From Polyangiales bacterium (lineage in GTDB: Bacteria > Myxococcota_A > Polyangia > Polyangiales > Ga0077539), in NCBI GenBank assembly GCA_044229975.1, contig JBGARZ010000012.1, forward strand, positions 96,001 through 160,000: DNA of 64,000 bases, read 5' to 3'. The notes under the pieces are model-generated. The model saw only the letters and a list, made by a program, of their open reading frames with translations, did no database searches and was not told where the DNA came from. Position numbers and translations under genes: made by a program. Positions 9,804-19,896 of the stretch are shown one piece after another (the stretch's first letter is position 1; each line of letters starts with the position of its first letter).

Positions 9804-12344
9804 ATGTTCGCGATGTGGAGTCCCGACTCACGACGGCAGCGCGCGGGGGAGCTCAAGACCCTCGGCGATCGCATTACCCGCTACCGGCAGCTCACCGAGC
9901 GCTTCGCCACCTACTTCGCTCCTGACAGCGACCGCGCCCGCGAGCTCGCCGCGCTCCGCCACCGCTTCGAAGACCTCCAGGAGCGCGCCACCCACCGCCA
10001 GCGCCGCCTCGCCAAAGGCGTCGTGAAGATCGGCGTCGTCGGCCTGGAGAAGCAGGGCAAGTCCGCCTTCCTCTCGGCGTGGCTCCAGTGCGAGCGACTG
10101 CTCCCCTCCGAAGCCGAGCGCTGCACCTGGTCGACCACCGTCGTCGAGCCCGGCGCGGAGGGCACCTTCCAGGCGGTCGTCGAGTACTACGCGAAGGACG
10201 AGTTCCAGCAGCGCATCGCCAGCTACTTCGACGCGCTCGAACCCGGCAGCGCCGCCCGCTGGGAGGGACTCAACGCCAACGAGCTCGCCCGCCTGCGCGG
10301 CAGCTACCGCGCGCGCACCGGCCACGAGGTCGACGACCACGACCGCTCGTCACGCCGCGACGTCGCCGCGTGGGCCGAGCTGCAGGACATCGCGAGCGCC
10401 CTCGGCGCCATCAAGGAGCGCCTCAACCAGCCGCCGCAGACGCTCACCGCGCAGTCCCTCGACGAGCTCGCGGAGCTCATCCGCCCGTACATCGCGCTCA
10501 AGGACACGCGCGCCGGCAACCGCCCCTACGCGGGCGTTCGCGCGGTGAAGGTCGTCACCGTCATCATCCCCGTGCGCGGCGCCATGCCGGGCGTCGTGCT
10601 GATGGATCTCCCGGGCATCGACGCGCCCAGCGACAAGGCCCGTCGCGACACCGAAGAGGCGCTCGCGAGCGAGGTCGACGTCACCATCTTCGTGAAGGAC
10701 GTGACGCGCCCGTCGCTGGTGCAGCAGGAGCTCGAACTGCTCCGCGCGATGCAGCGGGCCGACCGCTCCATCAAGCTGCACGACCGCCTCTTCGTGGTGC
10801 TCACCAAGGTCGACCTCTTCGAGCGCCCCGACGAAAACGGCAACTGGCACTGGTCGCTCGCCGTGCGGAACTTCAAGGACCAGGCGATCGACCGGGTCTT
10901 CCCGTACAGCAAGGTGTGGGCGCACCAGGGCGTCGACGCGAAGCACCCCGTCGCGCGACAGGTGCAGGACTACTACAACCAGACCCAGCCCGTGAGCGGC
11001 CTGGAGCAGCTCCAGGGAGCGATCAGCCGCTACCTCTCCGACGAGCTGGAGAAGCTCGACGCCGACAGCGTCGGGGCCATCCGCAAGGAGTTCGGCGAGC
11101 TGGAGACTGCGCTGCGCGGATCGCTGGTGACGGTGAAGGAGACGCTCAACGAGCAGGAGTTCGAGCGCCGCAAGGAGCAGCTCTTCGACGAGCTGTGGGA
11201 GCACATCATCGCCGGGGAAGACGCGCGCGGATTGCTCCCGTCGATCAGGGCGAACCTCTCGCACTTCCTCGACCACGAGGTGAGCGACGGGCAGCGCGGT
11301 CAGCGGGCGGCGCGGGCGCAGACGCGCATCGGGGAGATTCGTCGCGACCTGCTCTCGCGGCTCACGCCCGAGGAGGCCGAGAGCAAGCGCCGCCAGATGC
11401 CCTCGCCGGGTCTGATGAACGAGAGCGCCGTCGAGATCGAGGTGCGCAAGCAGATGCGCGAGCGCTGCGCGGCGCGGGTGCTGGGCATGGGCGAGGACTT
11501 CCGCGACACGGCGCGCGAGAGCATCGAGCGCATGCTGGGGGAGATGTTCATTCGCGCGGAGTACCAGGGCGGGCGACTGGAGATGCTGCTACCGCCGGGC
11601 AACGCGCTGCTGGCGCGCATCGACGCGATGGGCCGCGCGGGTCACGTGAGCGAGAGCGTTCTGCGCTACCAGAACCGCGAGCTGGCCAAGGCCGACGTCG
11701 CCTTCGAGGTGCTGTCGCGGTACTTCGCCCGGCAGGTCATCGACATCCTCGATGCGACGGACCCGGCCGACCGCGAGCTGCGCGAGAAGGAGTTGCGGGG
11801 CCTGGAGCAGTTCTTCGGGATGGACATCGCCGACAAGGCGACGCGCAACGACCCGCTGGCCTCGGCCGCGTACGCCAACGCACCCGTGACGGGCACACCG
11901 ATGACGGCGCCTGTCTCGACGGGCTTCCCCACGCAGCCGGCCGAGATGAAGCCGACGCTCAAGGACCGCGTGATGGATCGCTTCGGCGCGAAGCCCGACG
12001 CCACGCCCACGGTGGCCGCGCGCCCGTCGACGCCGACCGCGCCACCGATTCCGCGCGACTGGTCGAAGATGCTCAACCGGGTTCGCACCGACGTGGAGCG
12101 CATCTGCAACTTCCTGGAGGCGCTCGCCAAGCACCAGCGGGGCTTGCAGAAGTACCACGAGGAGGCTGTTCGGACGGTGCACGACTCGTGGCTCGACCGC
12201 GAGGGTGAGCAGTCGCTGCGACGCTGGGCGAGAAGCGAGTGCTCGCGCATCTGGCCCGATCGCTTCATGGCGATTGATGGTGAGGCGAAGCGCGCGCGGG
12301 AGGATGTGCGCGCGCTGGAGGAGCTCTTCAGCGCTGGCGGGTGA
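9804..12344 (+). CDS. bacterial dynamin-like GTPase (LeoA/CrfC-like)
   Basis: G1 GLEKQGKS, G2 CTWSTT, G3 DLPG, G4 TKVD, followed by a long helical stalk region. Confidence 0.85.
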   Translation: MFAMWSPDSRRQRAGELKTLGDRITRYRQLTERFATYFAPDSDRARELAALRHRFEDLQERATHRQRRLAKGVVKIGVVGLEKQGKSAFLSAWLQCERLLPSEAERCTWSTTVVEPGAEGTFQAVVEYYAKDEFQQRIASYFDALEPGSAARWEGLNANELARLRGSYRARTGHEVDDHDRSSRRDVAAWAELQDIASALGAIKERLNQPPQTLTAQSLDELAELIRPYIALKDTRAGNRPYAGVRAVKVVTVIIPVRGAMPGVVLMDLPGIDAPSDKARRDTEEALASEVDVTIFVKDVTRPSLVQQELELLRAMQRADRSIKLHDRLFVVLTKVDLFERPDENGNWHWSLAVRNFKDQAIDRVFPYSKVWAHQGVDAKHPVARQVQDYYNQTQPVSGLEQLQGAISRYLSDELEKLDADSVGAIRKEFGELETALRGSLVTVKETLNEQEFERRKEQLFDELWEHIIAGEDARGLLPSIRANLSHFLDHEVSDGQRGQRAARAQTRIGEIRRDLLSRLTPEEAESKRRQMPSPGLMNESAVEIEVRKQMRERCAARVLGMGEDFRDTARESIERMLGEMFIRAEYQGGRLEMLLPPGNALLARIDAMGRAGHVSESVLRYQNRELAKADVAFEVLSRYFARQVIDILDATDPADRELREKELRGLEQFFGMDIADKATRNDPLASAAYANAPVTGTPMTAPVSTGFPTQPAEMKPTLKDRVMDRFGAKPDATPTVAARPSTPTAPPIPRDWSKMLNRVRTDVERICNFLEALAKHQRGLQKYHEEAVRTVHDSWLDREGEQSLRRWARSECSRIWPDRFMAIDGEAKRAREDVRALEELFSAGG

Positions 12345-12347
12345 CGA

Positions 12348-13721
12348 TCAGAGCCGCGACCACACGGCGCGCAGCACGCCGAGCCCGACGAACACCACGA
12401 AGATGATGATGCCGACGATGAGGCCGCCCTTGCCGCCCTTGGCGGGCTGCTGCATCCCCGGCTGCGGGTACGGCTGCATCCCGGGCTGACCGTAGCCACC
12501 CGGCTGCATCCCGGGCTGGCCGTAGCCGCCCTGCTGCATCCCCGGCTGCTGACCGAAGCCGCCCTGCGGCTGCATCCCCGGCTGCTGGCCGAAGCCACCC
12601 TGGGGCTGCATTCCCGGCTGCTGGCCATAGCCACCCTGCGGCTGCATCCCCGGCTGCTGACCGTAGGGTCCTTGCGGCGGCATCCCCGGAGCGCCCGGGC
12701 CACCCGGACCGCCCATCATGCCGCCGAGCCCGAAGGCCGACGCGTCGACGGCCAGCGTCGAGGCGATGCCACCCGGCTCGTTTTGCGGAAGCCCCGCGAA
12801 CATGTTGGGGCCCGGTCCGCCCTGCGGCGCTTGCGGACCCGGCTGACCGAAACCACCACCACCCTGCGGCGCTTGCGGACCAGGCTGACCGAAACCACCA
12901 CCACCCTGCGGCGGTTGCGGACCCGGCTGACCGAAGCCGCCCGGTGAGGGACCTCCCGGGATGCCCAGCCCGAAGGCCGACGCGTCCATCGCCATGGTGG
13001 CCGACGACCCCGGCGGCGACTGCTGTGGCTGCTGTGGCTGTTGTGCTTGAAACGACTGCTGCGGCTGCTGCGTGGGCTGCGCTGGCGCGGGAGCCTGCGC
13101 TTGAAAGGGCTGCTGCGGCGTCGGCTGCGACGAGCCCTGGTGCATCTGCGGCGACGGCTTGCCGAAGCCGATGGGACCGCCCGGACCGGGCCCCTGGTGC
13201 TGATCGAGACCGAAGGACGAGCCGTCGACGGCGATGGTCGACGCGATGCCCATCTCCTCTTCCGACGTCGGGTTTTCCGGCTGCGGGGTCGGAGCGGGCG
13301 CAGGAACCGCACCCATCGGACGCGGCGCAAACCCCGGCGACGCACCGGGTGCGGGAAACGGCGACGCGCTGGGAGCGCCGTGCGGCGATGGCAGCCCGAA
13401 GGACGCCGCGTCCATGGCGATGGTGCGCGCGGCCTCGACCTGCTGGCCCTCGTGACCGCCGCCCATCGTGGGCCCCTGACCACCCTGGTCGATGGAGGCC
13501 ATGCCCCCGAGCATCGTGCGCGCGAACTGACCGCCGCCCTTCCCCGCCGCAGGCGGCGCCGAGCCGCGACCGGTCACCGACGGCGTCGGCTCGTTGGTCA
13601 TCAGCATCGTTCCCTTGAACTTCGCCTGCGGCTTCGGCCCGGTGGCCTGGAGCATGTGCCCGCAGGTCGTGCACTTCGGGGTACCGTCAGGATTCTGCGC
13701 GCCACAGTTCGGACAGAACAT
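12348..13721 (-). CDS. zinc-ribbon protein with Pro/Gly/Gln-rich repeats and C-terminal TM helix
   Basis: MFCPNCG...CTTCG; KGTMLM/RTIAMD motifs; repeats [14 protein letters not shown] and [10 protein letters not shown](Y/F)G; C-terminal [18 protein letters not shown]. Confidence 0.8.
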   Translation of the reverse strand: MFCPNCGAQNPDGTPKCTTCGHMLQATGPKPQAKFKGTMLMTNEPTPSVTGRGSAPPAAGKGGGQFARTMLGGMASIDQGGQGPTMGGGHEGQQVEAARTIAMDAASFGLPSPHGAPSASPFPAPGASPGFAPRPMGAVPAPAPTPQPENPTSEEEMGIASTIAVDGSSFGLDQHQGPGPGGPIGFGKPSPQMHQGSSQPTPQQPFQAQAPAPAQPTQQPQQSFQAQQPQQPQQSPPGSSATMAMDASAFGLGIPGGPSPGGFGQPGPQPPQGGGGFGQPGPQAPQGGGGFGQPGPQAPQGGPGPNMFAGLPQNEPGGIASTLAVDASAFGLGGMMGGPGGPGAPGMPPQGPYGQQPGMQPQGGYGQQPGMQPQGGFGQQPGMQPQGGFGQQPGMQQGGYGQPGMQPGGYGQPGMQPYPQPGMQQPAKGGKGGLIVGIIIFVVFVGLGVLRAVWSRL

Positions 13722-13876
13722 TCAAACACCTCCAACGGGTCGTCGCGCGCTGCGCGATCGCCGGTGGCGCACGCTATCCCGTCCTCCCCCCGAACGCTAC
13801 CAAACCGGCGACCGTCGAAGCCCTCGCGCTGGCCGGTTGCTTCACCCGTCGGCCCGCTCGACGTAGTCGTACCCGC

Positions 13877-14581
13877 ATGGCCGCACGAACCACCGCCGCA
13901 CCTGCCTTCGAGGGCTTCGCCGACCCCACCCTGCGCTTCTTCCACGAGCTCGACGCCCACCAAGACCGCGCGTGGTTTCTCGAACACAAGCGCGAGTACG
14001 ACGAGCAGTGGGCCGCGCCCATGGCGGCCCTCCTCGCGGCAGTGAAGCCGCGCATTGCACGCTTCTACAAAGGGCTCCCGCTGCGCGATCCGAAGGTGTT
14101 TCGCCTCCAGCGCGACGTGCGCTTCTCCTTGGACAAGAGCCCCTACAAGACCCATGTCAGCGGCCTGCTCGCGCTGCGCGGCGGCGGCGAAAACGTCGAG
14201 GCACCGGCCGCCCTCTACGCGCAGCTCGGCACCGAGACCTTCTTCGGCGCGGGCTCCTACTCGATGTCCGGCCCCACCTTGAAGGCGTGGCGCGAGACCC
14301 TCCTCGACGCGCGCCGCGGCGCCGCCCTCGGTCGCCTCGTCGACGACCTCGTCACGCGCGGCTACGACCTCTCGGCGATGGAGTCGCTCAAGACCGCGCC
14401 GCGCGGCGTCGACCCCGAGCACCCGCGCATCAACCTCCTCAAGCGGAAGGGCCTCGCGCTCGGTTTCCCGACGCTGCCGAAGGGTCTGCTCGCGTCGCCC
14501 GACCTCGCCGACTGGCTCGTCGAGCGCGCGGGTGAGTGCGCGCCGGTGGTGCAGAAGCTCGCCCGCCTGCTCGACGGTTGA
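13877..14581 (+). CDS. DUF2461 (TIGR02453) family protein
   Basis: F.EL..HQDRAWFLEHKREY and FRLQRDVRFSLDKSPYKTH, LKTAPRG..PEHP family motifs. Confidence 0.88.
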   Translation: MAARTTAAPAFEGFADPTLRFFHELDAHQDRAWFLEHKREYDEQWAAPMAALLAAVKPRIARFYKGLPLRDPKVFRLQRDVRFSLDKSPYKTHVSGLLALRGGGENVEAPAALYAQLGTETFFGAGSYSMSGPTLKAWRETLLDARRGAALGRLVDDLVTRGYDLSAMESLKTAPRGVDPEHPRINLLKRKGLALGFPTLPKGLLASPDLADWLVERAGECAPVVQKLARLLDG

Positions 14582-14619
14582 GAGGGCCATCGCGTGCGTG
14601 ATACCCGCAGGTCGACGCA

Positions 14620-17310
14620 GTGAAGCTGGTCGCCGCCTACAACCTCTTCCACTCCCCGCCCCTCGTCGTGATGCCGAAGTCCGCCCGGCACCCGCTCGGG
14701 GTCGTTCAGGCGACGGACTTCTACTGTCCACTGCCCACCTGCCACTGCCGCAACGTGCTGTTCGTCGTCCGCGCCGCCGCCGATCCGACGCGACAGCTCG
14801 CCGCCATCTTCCACGCCTTCGATACGGCCAGCCGACACCCACGCCTCGGCGCCACCTGGCTCTCCGACGAACACTCCCAGAGCCCCAACGCCGCCCAATG
14901 GATCGAGCCCGTCTCCGCGCTCGTCGCCCAGCGCGCCGAGGTCGCCATCTTCGAAGAGCGCTACCTCGCCGTGAAGGCCGCGGCCCTCGACCCGGCCCAC
15001 TACGCCCATGTGTTCGTTCGCGAGGCCGCCGACCTCTCCCCGCTGCCACCCGCGGCGCCGCCCCCGACGAAGACGGTCCGCGGTCGCACCGTCGCGCTCA
15101 CCCGCACCGAGTTGATCGCCCGTCTCGCGGCCCCGCTGCCGGCGCTGCGTCACGCCCAGGAGCGCCTCTCGGGCGCCGAGCTCGCGGTCGTGGCCATGGC
15201 CCTCGGCGACACCCAGCAGGTGACCGTCGCGGAGGTCGTCTCGCTCCTGCTCGCGCACGGCCTCGCCGAGCGCAACGTCCGCAAGCTCACCCAGCGCATC
15301 GCGCAGTCCGCGCGCGACGTCGGCTGGTTCGCCCGACCGGACGACGAGACCCTGCGGCGCCTGCCTGACGCCCTGCTCGAAGACCACCTCCGCGCCATCC
15401 GACAACGACCCGACATCGCCGCGGCGCTCGTGGCCCACGCCCCGCCGCCGACCCCGACCCCCGCGAAGACCGCGCCCGCGAAGCCCACCAGGACCGCGCC
15501 CGCCAAGCCCACCAAGACCGCTGAACCGCATGTTCTTCCGCCACCACCCGCGGCCCCGCCGCCGTCGACCTTCGAGCCCGCCCCGCGCGCCATGCCCACG
15601 CTCGATGCCGCGTCGCTCACCGCGCTCGTGGTCTCCCCGGCCGCGACCGCGGCCGACGTTCGCCTGAGCCTCGACGCGTGGCGGCTCTCCTCGGCGGCGC
15701 AGTTCGACGAGCTCCTCGCCCTCGCGTCGATGCGGGACATCACCCCGCACCGCTACCAGACGGAGACCGTGCGCCGGGTGCTGCGCGTGCTGCGGGGTCG
15801 CGGCATCCTCGCCGACGAGGTGGGCCTCGGGAAGACCGTCGAGGCCATGATGGTGCTGCGCGAATACCAGGTGCGCGGCATGGCGCGGCGGACGCTCATC
15901 CTGGTTCCGCCGTCGCTCGTGGCGCAGTGGGAGGGCGAGCTCGCGCAGAAGGCGGGGGTGTTCGCGCGCACCACCGACGACCCGGCGATGCGGGAGTCGC
16001 CCGACGCCTTCTGGGGTGGGCCCGGCGTGGTGGTGGCCTCGCTGGCCCTCGCCCGCGGCGCGCGCCACGCCGAGCTGGTGCAGGCGAAGCCCTGGGACAT
16101 GGTGATCGTCGACGAGGCCCACCACATCAAGAACCGCGCGACCCTCGGTTGGAAGCTCATCAACGCGCTCCAGCGGAGGTTTCTCCTCCTGGTCACGGCG
16201 ACCCCCGTCGAGAACGACCTCGAAGAGATCTACAACCTCGTGACGCTGCTGCGCCCGGGGCAGTTCGACACGCCGGCGGCCTTCCGTCGGCGCTTCGTCG
16301 ACCCGAAGGACCCGACCCGCCCGCGCGACCGCGAGGCCCTCCGCGCGCTGCTCGCCGAGGTGATGGTGCGCAACACCCGCGCCCAGTCGGGCCTCGCGCT
16401 GCCGCCGCGCTTCGTCTCCACGGTGACCGTGGACCCCTCCCCCGCCGAGCGGGAGCTCTACGCCTCGGTGCTGGCCTTCGTGCGCGCGCACCACGACGAC
16501 CCCTCGCTGCGCCTCGCGGCGACCTCACTGTTGTTGGAAGCCGGATCGAGCCCGCGGGCGGTGTACGCCACGCTCCAGAAGATGCAGACGCGGCGCACCG
16601 GGAAGGCCGAGGCCGGCGCGCGGCGCGAGCTCGACGCCCTCGCCGAGCAGGCCGCGAAGGTGGAGGGCACCCGCAAGACCGAGGCGCTGCTCCAGGTGCT
16701 GGCGACGCAGCGCGACCCGGTGCTGGTGTTCACGCGCTTTCGCGAGACCCTCGACGAGGTGGTGGCGCGGGTGGCGAAGGCGGGCGTCGCGGCGGTGGCC
16801 TTCCACGGCGGGCTCGACGAGCGGGCTCGACGACAAGCGCTGGAGCGCTTTCGCGAGGGCGGGGCCGTGGTGATGGTGGCGACGGCGACGGGCAGCGAGG
16901 GGCACAACCTCCAGCACTGCAACGTGCTCGTGAACTTCGACCTCCCGTGGAACCCCATGGCCATCGAGCAGCGCATCGGCCGCCTGCATCGCATGGGGCA
17001 GACCCGCGAGGTGCACGTCTACAACCTGTGCGCGAAGGGCACCATCGAGGAGCGCGTGCTCGACGTGCTCGACCGCCGGGTGCAGTTGTTTCAGCTCGTG
17101 GTGGGGGAGATGGACATGGTGCTCGGCAACATGGCCGACGACCGCGACCTGGAGGACGGCCTCGTGGCCGCCGTGGCGAAGGCGCAGAGCGACGACGAGG
17201 TCGACGAGGTGTTCGATCAGCTCGCGCGCGACCTGCTCGCGGCCCGCGGGCGCTACGAGAAGACCCGCGCCCTCGACGAGGCCCTCTTCGGCAAGGACTT
17301 CGAGGCGTGA
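14620..17310 (+). CDS. SNF2-family helicase (YqhH-like) with extended N-terminus
   Basis: ILADEVGLGKTVEA, IVDEAHH, TATPVEN, GSEGHNLQ, FDLPWNPMAIEQRIGRLHRMGQ. Confidence 0.92.
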   Translation: MKLVAAYNLFHSPPLVVMPKSARHPLGVVQATDFYCPLPTCHCRNVLFVVRAAADPTRQLAAIFHAFDTASRHPRLGATWLSDEHSQSPNAAQWIEPVSALVAQRAEVAIFEERYLAVKAAALDPAHYAHVFVREAADLSPLPPAAPPPTKTVRGRTVALTRTELIARLAAPLPALRHAQERLSGAELAVVAMALGDTQQVTVAEVVSLLLAHGLAERNVRKLTQRIAQSARDVGWFARPDDETLRRLPDALLEDHLRAIRQRPDIAAALVAHAPPPTPTPAKTAPAKPTRTAPAKPTKTAEPHVLPPPPAAPPPSTFEPAPRAMPTLDAASLTALVVSPAATAADVRLSLDAWRLSSAAQFDELLALASMRDITPHRYQTETVRRVLRVLRGRGILADEVGLGKTVEAMMVLREYQVRGMARRTLILVPPSLVAQWEGELAQKAGVFARTTDDPAMRESPDAFWGGPGVVVASLALARGARHAELVQAKPWDMVIVDEAHHIKNRATLGWKLINALQRRFLLLVTATPVENDLEEIYNLVTLLRPGQFDTPAAFRRRFVDPKDPTRPRDREALRALLAEVMVRNTRAQSGLALPPRFVSTVTVDPSPAERELYASVLAFVRAHHDDPSLRLAATSLLLEAGSSPRAVYATLQKMQTRRTGKAEAGARRELDALAEQAAKVEGTRKTEALLQVLATQRDPVLVFTRFRETLDEVVARVAKAGVAAVAFHGGLDERARRQALERFREGGAVVMVATATGSEGHNLQHCNVLVNFDLPWNPMAIEQRIGRLHRMGQTREVHVYNLCAKGTIEERVLDVLDRRVQLFQLVVGEMDMVLGNMADDRDLEDGLVAAVAKAQSDDEVDEVFDQLARDLLAARGRYEKTRALDEALFGKDFEA

Positions 17311-18368
17311 GCGAGCTCCCCGACCCGCTGCTGTTCGCCGCCCGCGCCCTCACCGCCCGCGGCGCGCTCGTCGAGCTCCACGAGGGCGACGCGGTGGCGC
17401 TGCTCCCCCCGGCGCTCGGCCGCGCGCTCCACGCGCCCGAAGAGCTCACCCTCGCGACGCACCCCGCCGACGGCTCCGCCGCCGTGGCCTGCGGCATCGG
17501 CTCTCCCCTGCTCGAACGCCTCAGCGCCGACGCCCGCCACGCCGCGCCCTGGGCCGTGGTCGCGCCCGCGCTCGACGCCCCGAAGGCCGCGCAGGCGACG
17601 GCCCTCGCGGCGCGGATGGTGGTGCGCAACGGGCTGCTCGACGTGCTCGACGCGGCGGTGGTCACTGCCCTCTACGCGCGGGTCACGCTGGCCTGGGCGG
17701 TGGAGGCCGACGACCGCTACGAGGGGCTGCTCGCGGTGGAGCTGGGCCCGAGCCGGGGTGAGCCCGTGGGGCTGCGTTCGCTGCTCGACGTGACGTCGCG
17801 CGACGACGATCTCCCGCCCGGCCGAGCCGACGCCGCGGACGTGACGAGCCTGCTCGACCCGCTGCCAGGGAGGGCAGCCCGCGCGCTCGCCGCGGCCGCC
17901 GGAGAGGCGCTGGCGTCCGTCGAGCGCCGCCACGCGCGCGACCACGAGCGCATGACCGAGTACTACCGGGGGATGATGGCGGAGCTGGGCGCCGGCCGCC
18001 GCAAGGTCGACCCGGCGACGCTGGCCTCCCGCTCGGCCGCGGTGGTGGCCGACCGCGACGCGCGCCTGCGCGACCTGATGGTGCGCTACACCCCGAAGGT
18101 GACCATGGCCCCCGCCGCGCTGCTGGTGGCGTCGGTGCCCGCGGTGCGCGTGCGCGTGCGGCTGCGGCGCCGGAAGCTCGACCGCGAGCTGCGGGTGACG
18201 CTGCCCGCGACGGCGACGGCGCTCGACCTGCTGGCCTGCGACGGCTGCGACGACGTGACGGCGCGCCCCGCGCTCTGCGACGACCGACTGCACGCGCTTT
18301 GCGAGCGGTGCGCCCCACAGGCGCAGGGGCGCTTTGCGTGCTCGGCCTGCGCTCGCCCGAAGCGGTAG
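17307..18368 (+). CDS. YqhG-like partner protein with C-terminal Cys/His cluster
   Basis: GTG overlaps the helicase stop (GTGA); 3' part of ORF 15678..18368 (VSELPDPLLFAARAL...); RDHERMTEYY helix; CDGC...CDDRLHALCERC...CSAC. Confidence 0.7.
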   Translation: MSELPDPLLFAARALTARGALVELHEGDAVALLPPALGRALHAPEELTLATHPADGSAAVACGIGSPLLERLSADARHAAPWAVVAPALDAPKAAQATALAARMVVRNGLLDVLDAAVVTALYARVTLAWAVEADDRYEGLLAVELGPSRGEPVGLRSLLDVTSRDDDLPPGRADAADVTSLLDPLPGRAARALAAAAGEALASVERRHARDHERMTEYYRGMMAELGAGRRKVDPATLASRSAAVVADRDARLRDLMVRYTPKVTMAPAALLVASVPAVRVRVRLRRRKLDRELRVTLPATATALDLLACDGCDDVTARPALCDDRLHALCERCAPQAQGRFACSACARPKR

Positions 18369-18479
18369 GCTGGACACCGCCCGGCGCGTGGTGTACCTCC
18401 CCGCGCCTTCATCCGTCGCGGTGTACGACTCAGCCCTTTCGCGAGAACAGCCACCGCAATCCAAGACAGGAGCCTCATC

Positions 18480-18698
18480 ATGCAGCTCGACATCCAGCCC
18501 AACTACCCGATCACCACCATCACCTGCGCCTGCGGCAACGTCGTGGAGACCCGCTCCACCCGCGGAAGCTTCAGCACGGACATCTGCGCGATGTGCCACC
18601 CGTTCTACACGGGCAAGCAGAAGGTCATGGACACCGCCGGCCGCGTCGACCGCTTCCGCAAGCGCTACGCCGCTACCGCCCCCAAGGGCTCGAAGTAG
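18480..18698 (+). CDS. rpmE: 50S ribosomal protein L31 (Zn-binding type)
   Basis: [13 protein letters not shown]...[30 protein letters not shown]. Confidence 0.97.
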   Translation: MQLDIQPNYPITTITCACGNVVETRSTRGSFSTDICAMCHPFYTGKQKVMDTAGRVDRFRKRYAATAPKGSK

Positions 18699-18803
18699 CC
18701 TCCGCCTTCCCCCTCCCTCCGCCTCCTCTCCTCTTCTCTCCTCCCCACCGTCGTAGCGGCCGTTGAACACTCCCTTCGGAGTGCTCGTGCTACGGTCCCC
18801 CCG

Positions 18804-19820
18804 ATGTCATCAGAACAAGCCGTTTGCCCGCCCAAGCAGGTCGGTGGTCAGGCCGTCATCGAGGGCGTGATGATGCGCTCGCCCCGCTGCCTCACCGTCG
18901 CCGTCCGCCGGAAGAACAACGAGATCGTCGTGCGTGAGCAGCCGTGGAAGCCGGTCTTCCCGCCCGCGCTCATGAAGATCCCCTTCGTGCGCGGCGCGCT
19001 GGTGCTCATCGAGTCGATGCAAAACGGCTACGCCGCCCTCCACTTCAGCGCCTCGCAGTACGAGCAGGACCTCCCCGAAGACCAGCGCCCCACCCAGGAG
19101 GAGGGATCGTCGAGCGCGTCGCGCCTCGGCATGGTCCTCTCGGTCGGCATCATGGTCGCGCTGCCGAAGCTCTTCGCGTGGGGAGCGGGCCACCTCTTCG
19201 GCGGTGGGCTCTCGATGGCGAGCCCGTGGTTTCACGTTCTCGCGGGCTTCTTCAAGCTCAGCCTCGTCGTCGGCATGATGCTGTTGATGCGACGAAACGC
19301 CGAGATGTACCGCGTGTTTCAGTATCACGGCGCCGAGCACAAGGCGATCGCCGTCCACGAGGCGGGGCTGCCGCTGTCGGTGGAGAGCTCGAAGCAGTTC
19401 AACACCCGCCACGCGCGCTGCGGGACGACCTTCCTCATGGTCGTGGTGATGGTCTCCGTCGCCGTCTTCGCGCTGGTGTTGCCGCAGGTGCTCCCGCACT
19501 CGTCGGGCTTCTGGACCATGCTCGCGTCCATCCCCATCAGCATCGCGCTGATGTTTCCCATCGGCGGCATCGCGTACGAGCTTCAGCGCTTCCTCGCGCG
19601 CTTCGTCGACCACCCCGTCGCGCAGATCCTCCTTGGGCCCGGTTACCTCGTGCAGCGCATCACCACCGCCGAGCCCACCGACGACCAGGTCGAGATCGCC
19701 CTCGTCGCGCTCCGCCAGGCCCTCGCCAACGAGGCCGCCGCTCCCGCTCCCGCGCTCGTCGAGCCGACCGTTCGCACCTTCCCCTCCTTCGCGGCCTTCG
19801 CGACGGAGCAGGGCCTCTAG
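18804..19820 (+). CDS. DUF1385 family membrane protein
   Basis: VGGQAVIEGVMMR, VFQYHGAEHK, HARCGTTF, QRITTAEP; usual position between rpmE and prfA. Confidence 0.92.
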   Translation: MSSEQAVCPPKQVGGQAVIEGVMMRSPRCLTVAVRRKNNEIVVREQPWKPVFPPALMKIPFVRGALVLIESMQNGYAALHFSASQYEQDLPEDQRPTQEEGSSSASRLGMVLSVGIMVALPKLFAWGAGHLFGGGLSMASPWFHVLAGFFKLSLVVGMMLLMRRNAEMYRVFQYHGAEHKAIAVHEAGLPLSVESSKQFNTRHARCGTTFLMVVVMVSVAVFALVLPQVLPHSSGFWTMLASIPISIALMFPIGGIAYELQRFLARFVDHPVAQILLGPGYLVQRITTAEPTDDQVEIALVALRQALANEAAAPAPALVEPTVRTFPSFAAFATEQGL

Positions 19821-19896
19821 CGACCGCCGTCGTCCCGCCGCCTTCTTCGTTCCCCCTCGACATCACCGCTGCCTCCCCACTACGACGGGCCCCCGC

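Noticed and set aside
18765..18790. CIRCE-like site (CACTC...GAGTG) downstream of rpmE
   Set aside because: The spacer is 6 bp rather than 9 and the outer TTAG/CTAA bases are absent; it is more simply a small hairpin.
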